Below, piece after piece: positions 9,551 through 18,362 of a stretch of DNA of 64,000 nucleotides (positions are counted from its first letter, which is position 1; each line of letters starts with the position of its first letter). The position numbers were made by a program, and so were the translations under genes. The notes under the pieces were generated by a model, which saw only the letters and a program-made list of their open reading frames with translations, had not been told where the DNA came from and searched no databases. This DNA is from Candidatus Magasanikiibacteriota bacterium. Lineage in GTDB: Bacteria > Patescibacteriota > Patescibacteriia > Magasanikbacterales > UBA922. The stretch is taken from assembly GCA_016193335.1 (NCBI GenBank), contig JACPSK010000001.1:111926-175925 (forward strand), read 5' to 3'.

Positions 9551-9592
9551 AACATAAAATAATCTAGCCTCTGCATTATGAAGAGGATTTGA

Positions 9593-9621
9593 GTATACAA
9601 AATACGCACAGGAAAGTCAAT
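9593..9621 (-). promoter_or_regulatory. Sigma-70 promoter TTGACT-17-TATACT for infB (minus strand)
   Basis: Minus-strand read TTGACTttcctgtgcgtattttgTATACT lies ~43 nt upstream of the infB ATG. Confidence 0.55.
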
Positions 9622-9726
9622 CAGCCAAGCTTCTATAACCAACAACTATCTTATTGAGAAACTCATATATCGCATGATCCCCCTCATATTATAGGGTATG
9701 ACACCAAAACAGGCACTTCAATTTCC

Positions 9727-9771
9727 AAAATTACAAAAAATCCCTCCCCTTTTGATAATTAAAGAGAGGGA
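9727..9771 (-). terminator. Rho-independent terminator after hppA (minus strand)
   Basis: Minus-strand ATCCCTC-(loop)-GAGGGAT followed by TTTTTTGTAATTTT. Confidence 0.5.
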
Positions 9772-9856
9772 TCGAGTTCCCGGTAACAATCCGATGAAGT
9801 CTAAACTTAGACAGACCGGACGGCTCTGATTTAGATTAAAATGAAACCTTACTTTA

Positions 9857-11845
9857 CTATTTCAAAAGACCAACAATCAACAGGGCAACAATATTGGCAA
9901 CCTTGATCATGGGATTGATAGCAGGCCCTGCCGTGTCTTTGTAAGGGTCTCCCACCGTGTCTCCGGTGACGGCCGCTTTGTGCGCGTCAGAACCTTTGCC
10001 GCCATGGTGGCCGGCTTCAATATATTTTTTCGCGTTGTCCCAGGCTCCGCCTCCGGTGGTCATGGAAATGGCAACGAATATGCCCGTAACAATGGTCCCC
10101 ACCAAAAGACCGCCCAAAGCCGCGGATCCAAGCCAAAAACCAACAGCTATCGGGACAACAACAGGGACAAGCGCCGGCAAAACCATCTGGCCTATGGCCC
10201 CTTTGGTAACAATATCAACACAGGTGGCATAATCCGGTTTGCCGCTTCCGTCCATAATGCCTTTTATCTCTTTAAATTGACGGCGTACTTCACTTACCAC
10301 GTTTCCGGCCACCTTGCCCACAGATTCCATGAGATAGGCACCAAAAAGATAAGGCAGAAGGCCACCAATAAACAAACCTGCCAATACTTTGGGGTCATCT
10401 ATTCTAAAAACAGTGTCCAATCCTCTCTCTGCCAATTTGTGCGTGTAATCCGCGAAAAGAACGAGAGCGGCCAAAGCGGCGCTTCCGATCGCGTAACCTT
10501 TGGTTACCGCTTTGGTGGTATTACCCACCGCATCAAGCGGATCGGTTACTGCCCGCACTTTTTCGTCAAGCTCGGCCATTTCCGCTATACCGCCCGCGTT
10601 GTCTGTAATCGGGCCGTATGAATCTATGGTCACAATAATGCCGGTAAGAGAAAGCATGGCCATGGCGGCGATAGCCACGCCATACAATCCACTCAATGAA
10701 AAAGCCACGAGCATACCGGCCACAATCGCAAGCACGGGAAGGGCGGTGGCTTTCATGGAAACGGCAAGACCAGCTATTACATTGGTGCCATGTCCTGTTT
10801 CGCTTGCTTTGGCAATTGCTTTCACCGGTTTAAATTTTGTTGAAGTGTAGTATTCGGTAATCAGAACCATGAGTCCGGTAAGAGCCACGCCCACAAAAGC
10901 GCTCCAAAATAAATCTGAGCTTGAAATCGCAAGCTGAGCGGAAAAACTCCGACTGAGCGCCCAAAAGCCGAGCAAGGACAGGAGAGCCGCAACAGCCAGC
11001 CCTTTGTATAGAGCATTCATGATATTTTTGCTTGTCTTGCCAAGCTTTATGAAAAAAGTGCCCAGAATGGAAGCTACGATAGAAACAGCGCCTATCATGA
11101 GCGGATACAAAACTGCCGCGTCTTTATCCGGAAGAGTCAAAAATCCGAGCACAATGGCGGCCACGGCTGTAACGGCATAGGTTTCAAACAAGTCTGCGGC
11201 CATGCCGGCGCAGTCGCCCACATTGTCTCCCACATTATCCGCAATAACCGCCGGATTCCTCGGGTCATCCTCAGGAATTCCGGCCTCCACTTTGCCAACC
11301 AAGTCTGCTCCAACATCCGCGGCTTTGGTAAATATGCCGCCTCCGATACGCGCGAATATGGAGATAAGACTGCCTCCAAAAGCCAATCCGAGAAGGGCAT
11401 TTACATCTTTAAAAATAAGATAAAAACCGGAAACTCCCAAAAGGCCCAAACCCACCACGAGGAGCCCTGTTACAGAGCCGCCTTTTACCGCCATGTCCAA
11501 GGCTTCATTCAAGCCTTTTCGCGCGGCTTCGGTGGTACGCACATTGGCCTGAACAGATATGGTCATGCCAAGATAGCCCGCGAATCCGGAGAGCAAAGCT
11601 CCCAGCAAAAATCCGATGCCCGTGTTCAGATCCAAAAAGATCCAAAGCAGGACAAATACAATAAGCGCCACAAGGCTGATGGTTTTGTACTGGCGGCCGA
11701 GATAAGCTCGGGCCCCTTCTTGGATAGCCTTTGCTATAGCCTGCATGCGATCTGTGCCCGCGGGCTGTTTTCGTATCCATTGAATTAAAAAAATACCATA
11801 TACTATCGCAAGAAGGGCCGGCGCGATGCTAAACCAGATGTTCAT
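9857..11845 (-). CDS. hppA: Membrane-bound H+-translocating (V-type) inorganic pyrophosphatase
   Basis: 662 aa polytopic protein with [19 protein letters not shown] and [21 protein letters not shown] signatures. Confidence 0.95.
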   Translation of the reverse strand: MNIWFSIAPALLAIVYGIFLIQWIRKQPAGTDRMQAIAKAIQEGARAYLGRQYKTISLVALIVFVLLWIFLDLNTGIGFLLGALLSGFAGYLGMTISVQANVRTTEAARKGLNEALDMAVKGGSVTGLLVVGLGLLGVSGFYLIFKDVNALLGLAFGGSLISIFARIGGGIFTKAADVGADLVGKVEAGIPEDDPRNPAVIADNVGDNVGDCAGMAADLFETYAVTAVAAIVLGFLTLPDKDAAVLYPLMIGAVSIVASILGTFFIKLGKTSKNIMNALYKGLAVAALLSLLGFWALSRSFSAQLAISSSDLFWSAFVGVALTGLMVLITEYYTSTKFKPVKAIAKASETGHGTNVIAGLAVSMKATALPVLAIVAGMLVAFSLSGLYGVAIAAMAMLSLTGIIVTIDSYGPITDNAGGIAEMAELDEKVRAVTDPLDAVGNTTKAVTKGYAIGSAALAALVLFADYTHKLAERGLDTVFRIDDPKVLAGLFIGGLLPYLFGAYLMESVGKVAGNVVSEVRRQFKEIKGIMDGSGKPDYATCVDIVTKGAIGQMVLPALVPVVVPIAVGFWLGSAALGGLLVGTIVTGIFVAISMTTGGGAWDNAKKYIEAGHHGGKGSDAHKAAVTGDTVGDPYKDTAGPAINPMIKVANIVALLIVGLLK

Positions 11846-11935
11846 AGAATCCTATGTTTAGATATATAAAAACGATAAGAGTATAGCTTTAAAGATAAAA
11901 AAAGGCAAGATGTAGAAGCCGATAGAAATTTTAAA

Positions 11936-12916
11936 TTAAAAATTTTTATTGCGTCTCTCAACTTTCTTCCCCAAAATAACATAGCCCTGGCTTTCCAGCC
12001 ACCTGCCCAAAGTTATCATTTCAAAAAATGAATAGAGCTCGCAAAGCGCGGTGGAAAAGGGATGCGTGCGTTTTTTGAGATGATACAAGAGGGCGTTCGC
12101 CCATTTGAAAAGCAGAATCTTCCATGACTTGTGTTTCTGAAAAGCCGAATACAATTCGTCCGGATGGACAAAAAACTTGGCCCATACCGAAGCATAGACC
12201 CGCTCTATATCAAAGCCCGCCTGGCTCAACATGCGGAGTAACTCTGCTTTGGAAAATAATGAAATGTGAAATTCAGCGTGCGGATCTGTGTTTAGTCCTT
12301 GCTTCATAAAAAAATTTCTGAGATACGCGTGTCTGCCGAGCTTGGATTCGGCAAACATGGCCAAGACCCCATTCGGACGCAAAACGCGATTTATTTCATC
12401 GAGCCAGAACGGCACGTTTTCCACATGGCCGAGCACGTCTGATGTGTAGAGAGCGTCAAAGGTGGAAGAGCTGAAGGGAAACTGTCTGCCTTCGTAATGA
12501 AAAAATTCCGCGTGGACGCCATGTCTTTTAGCCTGCTCCTTGGCCAGATCCACTTGAAGATTTACCACATCCAAGCCTACCAATTCCGCTTCTCTGCCGA
12601 GCAGACGTTTGAGATCTATGGTCGCTCCTCCGGTGCCGCAACCGAGGTCCAGAACCCGAAAGGGTTCAGTAAGAAGATTTCTGGTTTTGGCCGCTTGTTT
12701 TTTTGCTTTATTGATATACCGGTATAAAAAAAACTTTTTAGGATACAAAAACAACATAAGCCTGTCTTTCAAGCTCAAAGAGCCGGACAAAAATAAGGGC
12801 TTGGCATCCCACATTTCCACGCCTTCTTCTGAAATGCTCCCCCAGCCGCGGCCGGCTGTTTTATGGGAGAAGTCTGATTTTCGCATATTTCTGCTTATTT
12901 TTAGGTATTGTAGCAC
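11936..12916 (-). CDS. Class I SAM-dependent methyltransferase
   Basis: VLDLGCGTGGATIDL (motif I) and LRPNGVLAMF. True start is probably an internal Met (MRKSDF or MWDAKPL). Confidence 0.7.
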   Translation of the reverse strand: MLQYLKISRNMRKSDFSHKTAGRGWGSISEEGVEMWDAKPLFLSGSLSLKDRLMLFLYPKKFFLYRYINKAKKQAAKTRNLLTEPFRVLDLGCGTGGATIDLKRLLGREAELVGLDVVNLQVDLAKEQAKRHGVHAEFFHYEGRQFPFSSSTFDALYTSDVLGHVENVPFWLDEINRVLRPNGVLAMFAESKLGRHAYLRNFFMKQGLNTDPHAEFHISLFSKAELLRMLSQAGFDIERVYASVWAKFFVHPDELYSAFQKHKSWKILLFKWANALLYHLKKRTHPFSTALCELYSFFEMITLGRWLESQGYVILGKKVERRNKNF

Positions 12917-12919
12917 TCC

Positions 12920-12948
12920 TTGACAAAAGCCTCAAAATATGCTATAGT
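12920..12948 (+). promoter_or_regulatory. Near-consensus sigma-70 promoter TTGACA-17-TATAGT
   Basis: cTTGACAaaagcctcaaaatatgcTATAGTg. Drives a ~165-nt structured leader (hairpin GAGAGAGAT...ATCTCTCTC at 13011-13043) and the high-GC ORF fragment at 13124. Confidence 0.6.
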
Positions 12949-13123
12949 GCCCCGCTGTTTTTGTGTCTGCAAAACGGCTTTCCTTGGGTAAAATTACCTT
13001 TAGAGTGTATGAGAGAGATGTTTTTAGTGAAAAAATCTCTCTCATGCCCTCAAACGATCTATTACACGCCGGCCAAGAGGGAGCAGCAGGGCCGGTGAGA
13101 CAACAAGGCACGGAGATAGAAAG

Positions 13124-13238
13124 ATGAAGACGTTCGATTTTGCGAACAAGTTGGAGGCGGTCCAGGTCCTCCTGGCGTACCTCTTCAATGACATGAGCGA
13201 CGCCCTCGAGGAGGCCGGCATCGACGTGGACAGCGACG
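13124..13238 (+). pseudogene. High-GC small ORF (MKTFDFANKLEAVQVLLAYLFNDMSDALEEAGIDVDSD...) truncated by the IS3-family element
   Basis: ATG with SD GGAGATAGAAAG. GC3-rich codons (GAG GCG GTC CAG GTC CTC CTG GCG) unlike the host. The reading frame runs into the IS left inverted repeat at 13239. Coding status and strand are uncertain. Confidence 0.25.
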
Positions 13239-13307
13239 TGACCTGTACCCTGTATAATAGACACAGCGTCTTACGAGCGCTGTGTTTTACTTTTAACGTA
13301 ATTTGTT

Positions 13308-13571
13308 ATGGCATCCCCCATACCCCAGGAGGTCAAGGCAAAGATTTTGTCGTCGATCAAGGATGATGGAGTTTCCATCGCCCAAGCCTCAACTACCTAC
13401 AATGTCACCGAAGAAACCTTACGAAAGTGGCTTAGGGCCACCATTGACAACGGCGGAACCAGTAGCAGTGAAATCCAAAGACTCAGACGAGAAAACCAAC
13501 AACTCAAAGAGATCATTGGAACCCTGCTCCTCGAAAAAGAAGCAACGAAAAAAAATATTACTCGCTCGTGA
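13308..13571 (+). CDS. IS3-family transposase OrfA (HTH plus leucine zipper)
   Basis: 87 aa: MASPIPQEVKAKILSSIKDDGVSIAQASTTYNVTEETLRKWLR (HTH), then a heptad Leu/Ile zipper LRRENQQLKEIIGTLLLEKEA. An A8 run at 13548-13555 sits near its 3' end. Confidence 0.75.
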   Translation: MASPIPQEVKAKILSSIKDDGVSIAQASTTYNVTEETLRKWLRATIDNGGTSSSEIQRLRRENQQLKEIIGTLLLEKEATKKNITRS

Positions 13572-14382
13572 GATGATCGAGCAAAACCCATGGGTTAGCC
13601 GGAAATTGGTGGCCGAGCAATTTGGAATTGCTCGATCCACGCTCTATCTCAAACAAAAACAACTATACAAAGATAAAGGATACTTGGAAGAGATCCTCTC
13701 CGCCATGAGAGAGAATCCATATTACGGACAAAGAAGATTGGCTTTGGTCTTAGGTCGAAATGTTAAGCTCGTAAGGCGCATCATGCGAAAGTATGGTCTA
13801 AAACCAAAGAAAAAAAAGAAGAAACTCAGCAAACCAGAGGATGAAAACAAGCCTCCGAGCGGAATACCCAACAGGTTAAAAACAATCTGTCCCCTACGAC
13901 CTACGGTCGTATATGCCGGAGATTTTACCCATTTTGTTTGGTACGGCACGGTGGTGTATTTAGCGACAGTCCTTGATCTGTTTACTCGAGAAATTGTGGG
14001 ATGGAGCATTGGACTCCATCACAGTGGACCTTTGATCATTGATGCTCTTGAAGACGCCAAGAAACGGCGGGGCACACCGTCGTTGTTCCATTCTGACCAA
14101 GGCAGTGAATACACGAGCCTTGCGTGCAAAGCATGGCTGTTCAAGAACAATATTCTTCCCTCTCAAAGCACCAAATCCAGTCCATGGCAAAACGGATGGC
14201 AAGAATCTTTTTACGGGAGATTCAAACAAGAGTTTGGAAATATCCACCGCTTCAAAACCATTGAAGACTTAATTGAAGCAATTCATCTTCAAATCCACTA
14301 CTACAACAAGAAAAGGATTCACTCGAAGCTTAAAATGGCTCCGGAAAAGTTCTTTTTGTTGCAATCTAAAAAGTGGATTTAA
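13549..14382 (+). CDS. IS3-family transposase OrfB (rve/DDE integrase core), expressed as OrfAB fusion by frameshifting
   Basis: YGQRRLALVLGRNVKLVRRIMRKYGL, DFTHF...LATVLDLFTREIVGW (D), HSDQGSEYTS (D), SPWQNGWQESFYGRFKQE (E). The N-terminal ~80 residues of track ORF 13303..14382 are just the alternate frame of orfA. Confidence 0.75.
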   Translation, partial: KKILLAREMIEQNPWVSRKLVAEQFGIARSTLYLKQKQLYKDKGYLEEILSAMRENPYYGQRRLALVLGRNVKLVRRIMRKYGLKPKKKKKKLSKPEDENKPPSGIPNRLKTICPLRPTVVYAGDFTHFVWYGTVVYLATVLDLFTREIVGWSIGLHHSGPLIIDALEDAKKRRGTPSLFHSDQGSEYTSLACKAWLFKNNILPSQSTKSSPWQNGWQESFYGRFKQEFGNIHRFKTIEDLIEAIHLQIHYYNKKRIHSKLKMAPEKFFLLQSKKWI

Positions 14383-14976
14383 GAACGAACTCGGCGTGTC
14401 TATTATTTGGGGTACTTGTCAGCCTGAGTTTTCTCGAAACCATAGCCGTGGTTTCTCTGCTCAGACGGATAGGAGCAGTATGGATTTGAAAAGAGACATT
14501 TCATCGGCCAAAGCAAGACAAGCCGCGGCCGATGGAACAGATACTTATCGAAGCCTATCCTTTCATAGGATATTTCAAAAAACCTGCAGAAGCCAACCCG
14601 CTTCGCTCTCGCACTCGTCCTCCGGCTTTTTAAAATATGTTATGAAGGGACAGGCTTGTACTTATCCACATGCATTCGAGATTGAACATAAATCAAACAG
14701 ATTTTCTTAGACATTTCTCCCATTTTTTCTTAAAATTGACAAAAACACTCAATTCTGATACACTGAGCACATCTTCATATATTAATGACTAAGCGAGGAA
14801 ACAAACAGATACGAAATTGAGCCATATTATGCGGAAAAAGAGTTATTTATCTTCACTTCCCCGTGTTCTCGAAGCTTCAAGACTTCATATTTTGGGAACA
14901 TACCAGACTGATCATTGGGTATAATAAGACTTCTTTAGTAGTATTCTGTTCCCCTCGTTTTTAACTGAGGTTTTTT

Positions 14977-16509
14977 ATGTCTTTAACGCTTATATACGCC
15001 CTTTTGGCCGCTTGTCTGGGCGGTCTTGTAGGGATAGGTCTTGGCTATGTGATACGCAGGCAATTGGCGCAGGCGCAGGCGAACTCTGTGGAAGCCAAAG
15101 CCGAAAAACTCATGATAGAGGCAAAGAACAAAGAAAAAGAAGTTCTTCTCAAGGCAAAGGAACAATCCATCAAAATAATAGACGAGGCAAAAAAAGAAGA
15201 AGAAAAACGCAGACAAGAACTGAGGAATATCCAGGACAGACTGGAAAAACGCGAAGAAATGTTCGACAAAAAACTCATGGAAGTGGAAGACAGCAAAACA
15301 AAGCTGGAACAAAAAGCGGAACAGATTAAACAAATAAAAGAAAAAATAGACCAATTGAAAGAAGAAGCCGGACTGAAACTCCAGCATATTTCCGGATACG
15401 ACAAAGAACAGGCTCTGGAAGAGCTTTTGGGGAGAGTGGAAGAAGAAAGCAAACTCGCTCTCCAATCGAGAGTCATGAAACTGGACAAAGAAAATAATGA
15501 TTTTTTTGAAGAAAAAGCCAGGAAAATTATTATAGATTCCATGCAACGTTGCGCCGCGAACCATGCCAATGAAAATACGGGCACGGTGGTAAATTTGCCG
15601 AGCGATGAAATGAAAGGCCGCATCATTGGAAAAGACGGCCGCAACATAAAAACCATAGAAAAACTCACCGGCTGCGAACTGATTATAGACGATTCTCCGG
15701 GTATGCTTATTATTTCCGGTTTTTCTCCCATCAGACGCCGCGTTTGCCAAATCGCTATAGAAAAACTGATCAAAGACGGCCGCATTCAGCCGGCAAAAAT
15801 TGAAGAATACATAGAAGAAGCAAAACGTGACTTGGCTCTTGATATCAAAAAAGCCGGAGAAGAAGCTCTGTATGAAATGGGCATTACCGGACTAGACCCC
15901 AAACTGGTATCTATCGTAGGCAGGCTCAAATACAGAACCAGCTATGGCCAAAATGTTTTGAATCATTGTTTGGAAGTGGGATATATCGCGGGCATGATAG
16001 CCCAAGAAGTGGGGATAGACCCTTTTCTCGCCCGAAAAGCAGGCTTCTTCCATGACATCGGAAAATCCATTGACCACGAAACTCAGGGATCTCACACGGT
16101 GATTGGAGAAAAAATACTCAAAAAATTCAATCTGCCCGATGAAATAGCCGAAGTGGCCATGACCCATCATGATACCAATCCTCCTCTGTTGTTGACCAAG
16201 CTCGTTATGGCGGCAGATGCCATATCCGCTTCCAGAATCGGCGCTCGCCGCGACACCTACGAGCAATATGTTCTGCGCCTTGAAGAGCTTGAAAAGGCTG
16301 CCAGCGATTTCCCCGGCATTGAAAAAGTATATGCTATCCAAGCAGGCCGCGAAGTCCGCGTATTCGTAAAACCCGAAGAAGTGGACGATTACGGGGCTTA
16401 TAACCTTGCCAAAGACATAGCGCGGAAAATAGAAAATGAACTGAGCTATCCCGGAGAGATAAAAGTAAACGTGATACGGGAAAACAGAACCATTGAATAC
16501 GCAAGATAA
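14977..16509 (+). CDS. rny: Ribonuclease Y
   Basis: 510 aa. N-terminal TM, long coiled-coil, KH domain GRIIGKDGRNIKTIE, HD domain FFHDIGKSIDHE. Confidence 0.95.
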   Translation: MSLTLIYALLAACLGGLVGIGLGYVIRRQLAQAQANSVEAKAEKLMIEAKNKEKEVLLKAKEQSIKIIDEAKKEEEKRRQELRNIQDRLEKREEMFDKKLMEVEDSKTKLEQKAEQIKQIKEKIDQLKEEAGLKLQHISGYDKEQALEELLGRVEEESKLALQSRVMKLDKENNDFFEEKARKIIIDSMQRCAANHANENTGTVVNLPSDEMKGRIIGKDGRNIKTIEKLTGCELIIDDSPGMLIISGFSPIRRRVCQIAIEKLIKDGRIQPAKIEEYIEEAKRDLALDIKKAGEEALYEMGITGLDPKLVSIVGRLKYRTSYGQNVLNHCLEVGYIAGMIAQEVGIDPFLARKAGFFHDIGKSIDHETQGSHTVIGEKILKKFNLPDEIAEVAMTHHDTNPPLLLTKLVMAADAISASRIGARRDTYEQYVLRLEELEKAASDFPGIEKVYAIQAGREVRVFVKPEEVDDYGAYNLAKDIARKIENELSYPGEIKVNVIRENRTIEYAR

Positions 16510-16511
16510 AA

Positions 16512-16537
16512 CAAAAACGGCCTTTCGGCCGTTTTTA
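16512..16537. terminator. Rho-independent terminator after rny
   Basis: AACGGCC-tttc-GGCCGTT hairpin followed by TTTTT and preceded by an A-run. Confidence 0.7.
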
Positions 16538-16559
16538 AAAATTCCCATTAATGGCTCTA

Positions 16560-16588
16560 TTGACGTAAATAATTAGCTGCACTACAAT
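16560..16588 (+). promoter_or_regulatory. Sigma-70 promoter TTGACG-17-TACAAT for hup
   Basis: aTTGACGtaaataattagctgcacTACAATa; ~75-nt leader before the HU start. Confidence 0.55.
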
Positions 16589-16663
16589 ACAAGTATCTAT
16601 TTATTATTATCAGCATTTCGCGGGCGGAGAGTGGCGCGGAACGGCTTTAATCTGTTTTTCTAT

Positions 16664-17005
16664 ATGGATCTAAATAAAATGGCTTTGGCTCAGGCCATAG
16701 CAGACAAGGTTGGCCTTTCAAAAAAAGAAGCAGAATCCATGCTCGAAGCTTTCGTTGATATTGTTACTTCTGCTCTCGGAAAAGGCGGAAGCGTGAATAT
16801 CGCCGGGTTTGGAGCCTTCAGCGCCAAACAGCGCGCGGGCAGAGTGGGAGTGAATCCCCAAAATCCAAGCGAAAAAATACAAATTCCTCCGGTGATCGTG
16901 CCAAAGTTCAAAGCAGGAAAAGGCTTAAAAGACACTCTTAAAGGAAAAAAACATGCGGCTCCCGAACAAGCAAGCGCTGTCAACGAAGGATCGGGTTCCA
17001 TGTGA
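16664..17005 (+). CDS. hup: HU/IHF-family nucleoid-associated DNA-binding protein
   Basis: MDLNKMALAQAIADKVGLSKKEAESMLEAFVDIVTSALGKGGSVNIAGFGAFSAKQRAGRVGVNPQNPSEKIQIPP aligns with the HU N-terminus through the DNA-binding arm. Start chosen at ATG 16664 inside the GTG-initiated track ORF. Confidence 0.85.
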   Translation: MDLNKMALAQAIADKVGLSKKEAESMLEAFVDIVTSALGKGGSVNIAGFGAFSAKQRAGRVGVNPQNPSEKIQIPPVIVPKFKAGKGLKDTLKGKKHAAPEQASAVNEGSGSM

Positions 17006-17007
17006 AA

Positions 17008-17034
17008 ATAAAAACGGCCTCTCGGCCGTTTTTA
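17008..17034. terminator. Bidirectional rho-independent terminator (hup on plus, tRNA-Met on minus)
   Basis: AACGGCC-tctc-GGCCGTT plus TTTTT. Near-identical to the rny terminator at 16512 (one loop substitution). Confidence 0.7.
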
Positions 17035-17070
17035 AAAATGATAAATTGTAAATTAAAAATTCTGATGTTG

Positions 17071-17144
17071 TGTCAGGGGGGAGAATCGAACTCCCGACCT
17101 TAGGGTTATGAATCCTACGCTCTCACCAACTGAGCTACCCTGAC
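17071..17144 (-). tRNA. tRNA with anticodon CAT (Met elongator or Ile2-lysidine type)
   Basis: Reverse complement is GTCAGGG TA GCTC AGTTGGTGA GAGC G TAGGA TTCATAA CCCTA AGGTC GGGAG TTCGATT CTCCC CCCTGAC A. Perfect 7-bp acceptor stem, canonical TTCGATT T-loop, 7-nt anticodon loop TT-CAT-AA. G1-C72 rules out the initiator. CCA is not encoded. Confidence 0.75.
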
Positions 17145-17159
17145 ATGCGTGTGCACAAC

Positions 17160-17188
17160 ATAATAACAAAATAAAAACGCAGAGTCAA
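17160..17188 (-). promoter_or_regulatory. Sigma-70 promoter TTGACT-17-TATTAT for tRNA-Met (minus strand)
   Basis: Minus-strand read TTGACTctgcgtttttattttgtTATTAT lies ~15 nt upstream of the tRNA 5' end. Confidence 0.55.
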
Positions 17189-17215
17189 CCGTTTCTACCC
17201 AAATGGACAAACATT

Positions 17216-18220
17216 TTAAAACCAGCTCTTTTTCTTGAAAAACAACAGCATGAGGGCAAGCATCCCGGCCATGCTGAGCGACACAAAAAAAGGTCCCCAA
17301 TGAGACTCCAAACCAGGCAAATATCTGAAATTCATGCCATAATAACTTGCCAAAAAAGACAAGGGCATGAAAATGGTGGTTATAATGGTTAAAATTTTCA
17401 TCACGCTATTGGTGCGGTTGCTCATCCCGGACAAGTACACATCCAAAAGCCCTGAAAGAATATCACGGTAGGTTTCGAGCATGTCTATGATGTGTATGAG
17501 ATGCTCATACACATCGCGCAAGTAAATACGCGTTGTTTTTTTGACCAAAGGAGAGTCTCCGCGTTCAAAAATGCTCACGATCTCACGCATGGGCCAGATA
17601 TACTTGCGTATATTCAGCAGTTCTCTTTTTAGGCCGTAGATTGCTCGCAATGTTTCCGGCTTGGGAGCAAAAGCGGTCTCTTTTTCCAAAATTTCAATTT
17701 TATCGCTGTAAAATTCCATTATCTCAAAATAGGTATTTACCACCGAATCAATGAGCTCATAAGCCAAATAATCGGTGCCCGCGGCGCGTATCCTCGTATC
17801 CGATTTTCGGATGAGCGCGCGCACCGGTTCAAAGGTGTCCCCTTTTTTACCTTGCTGAAAGCTGATAAGAAATTTGTGGGCTATAACCAGGCTTACCTGT
17901 TCGCTCTGTATCTTTTTGTGTCCGCCCAAAGTCAACATTTTGAAGTTTAAATAAATATAATGGTCCAAAATTTCGATTTTCGGCCGCTGGTTGACATTCA
18001 TAATGTCATCCATCACCACGGGATGTAGATCAAAACCCAAACGCAACTCGCGCAAAAAACTGATGGGCGGAGCATTGTCTATATTAAGCCAGCTAACCGT
18101 GTCCGTGTCTTTGAGGGCTACGCAATCCGCCAGCTTTGACGTGTCTTTTTCCATAAGGCCATCTTGACTATAATCCATGACATGTATGGAATTGAGGATT
18201 TTTGCTTTTCCCTTTGGCAT
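17216..18220 (-). CDS. corA: CorA-family magnesium/cobalt transporter
   Basis: 334 aa. Two C-terminal TM helices with the YGMNF signature (GMN motif). Confidence 0.9.
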   Translation of the reverse strand: MPKGKAKILNSIHVMDYSQDGLMEKDTSKLADCVALKDTDTVSWLNIDNAPPISFLRELRLGFDLHPVVMDDIMNVNQRPKIEILDHYIYLNFKMLTLGGHKKIQSEQVSLVIAHKFLISFQQGKKGDTFEPVRALIRKSDTRIRAAGTDYLAYELIDSVVNTYFEIMEFYSDKIEILEKETAFAPKPETLRAIYGLKRELLNIRKYIWPMREIVSIFERGDSPLVKKTTRIYLRDVYEHLIHIIDMLETYRDILSGLLDVYLSGMSNRTNSVMKILTIITTIFMPLSFLASYYGMNFRYLPGLESHWGPFFVSLSMAGMLALMLLFFKKKSWF

Positions 18221-18362
18221 AGTATAAACATGTATATTGTTGTTGTTTAACAGTATACTCCTCTCTCATATAAAATGAAAATGTCAAAAATTGATAAAAA
18301 CAAAAAGCGCCTGTCGGCCGCGCAGGAAAAAATGGGAAAAAATTCTGAAGATGTGAAAATCG

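Larger units (their letters stand above)
13239..14421 (+). mobile_element. IS3-family insertion sequence, ~1.18 kb, with orfA/orfB and imperfect terminal inverted repeats TG...CA
   Basis: Left IR TGACCTGTACCCTGTATAATAGACAC (13239-13264) matches the reverse complement of the right end TGACAAGTACCCCAAATAATAGACAC (14396-14421) at 21 of 26 positions. Ends are 5'-TG / CA-3'. No target-site duplication found (acg | gcc flanks). Confidence 0.7.

Noticed and set aside
9980-10621. 213-aa plus-strand ORF and neighbouring plus ORFs
   Set aside because: Antisense to the H+-pyrophosphatase gene; no domain signal.
12957-13123. Possible SRP RNA or RNase P RNA in the promoter-driven structured leader and the hairpin-rich region right of the IS (14422-14650)
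   Set aside because: The GGAGCAGCAGGGCCGG and CCTCCGGCTTT segments only loosely resemble the SRP domain IV and RNase P P4 consensus. No 5'/3' closing helix and no conserved GNRA/AGCAGCC or GGAAAGTCCGG blocks are present. Kept only as an unspecified structured RNA possibility.
13303-13548. N-terminal part of the 359-aa track ORF (MLWHPPYPRRSRQRF...)
   Set aside because: It is merely the alternate frame of orfA. Genuine OrfB homology starts after the A8 run, so it is modelled as an OrfAB frameshift product.
14481-14710. 76-aa small ORF (MDLKRDISSAKARQAAADGTDTYRSL...) with an SD AGGAGCAGT right of the IS
   Set aside because: Not rejected outright but too weak to list as a feature: no homology signal, mixed codon usage, and it overlaps a hairpin-dense region that may instead be RNA.
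14983-15785. 255-aa and 246-aa minus-strand ORFs
   Set aside because: Antisense to the Lys/Glu-rich coiled-coil region of rny; Phe-rich repeats typical of reverse frames of AAG/GAA-rich sequence.
18221-18362. M-box (Mg2+) riboswitch upstream of corA
   Set aside because: The leader is only ~140 nt and is largely occupied by the tRNA-Glu terminator. No conserved M-box helices recognisable.
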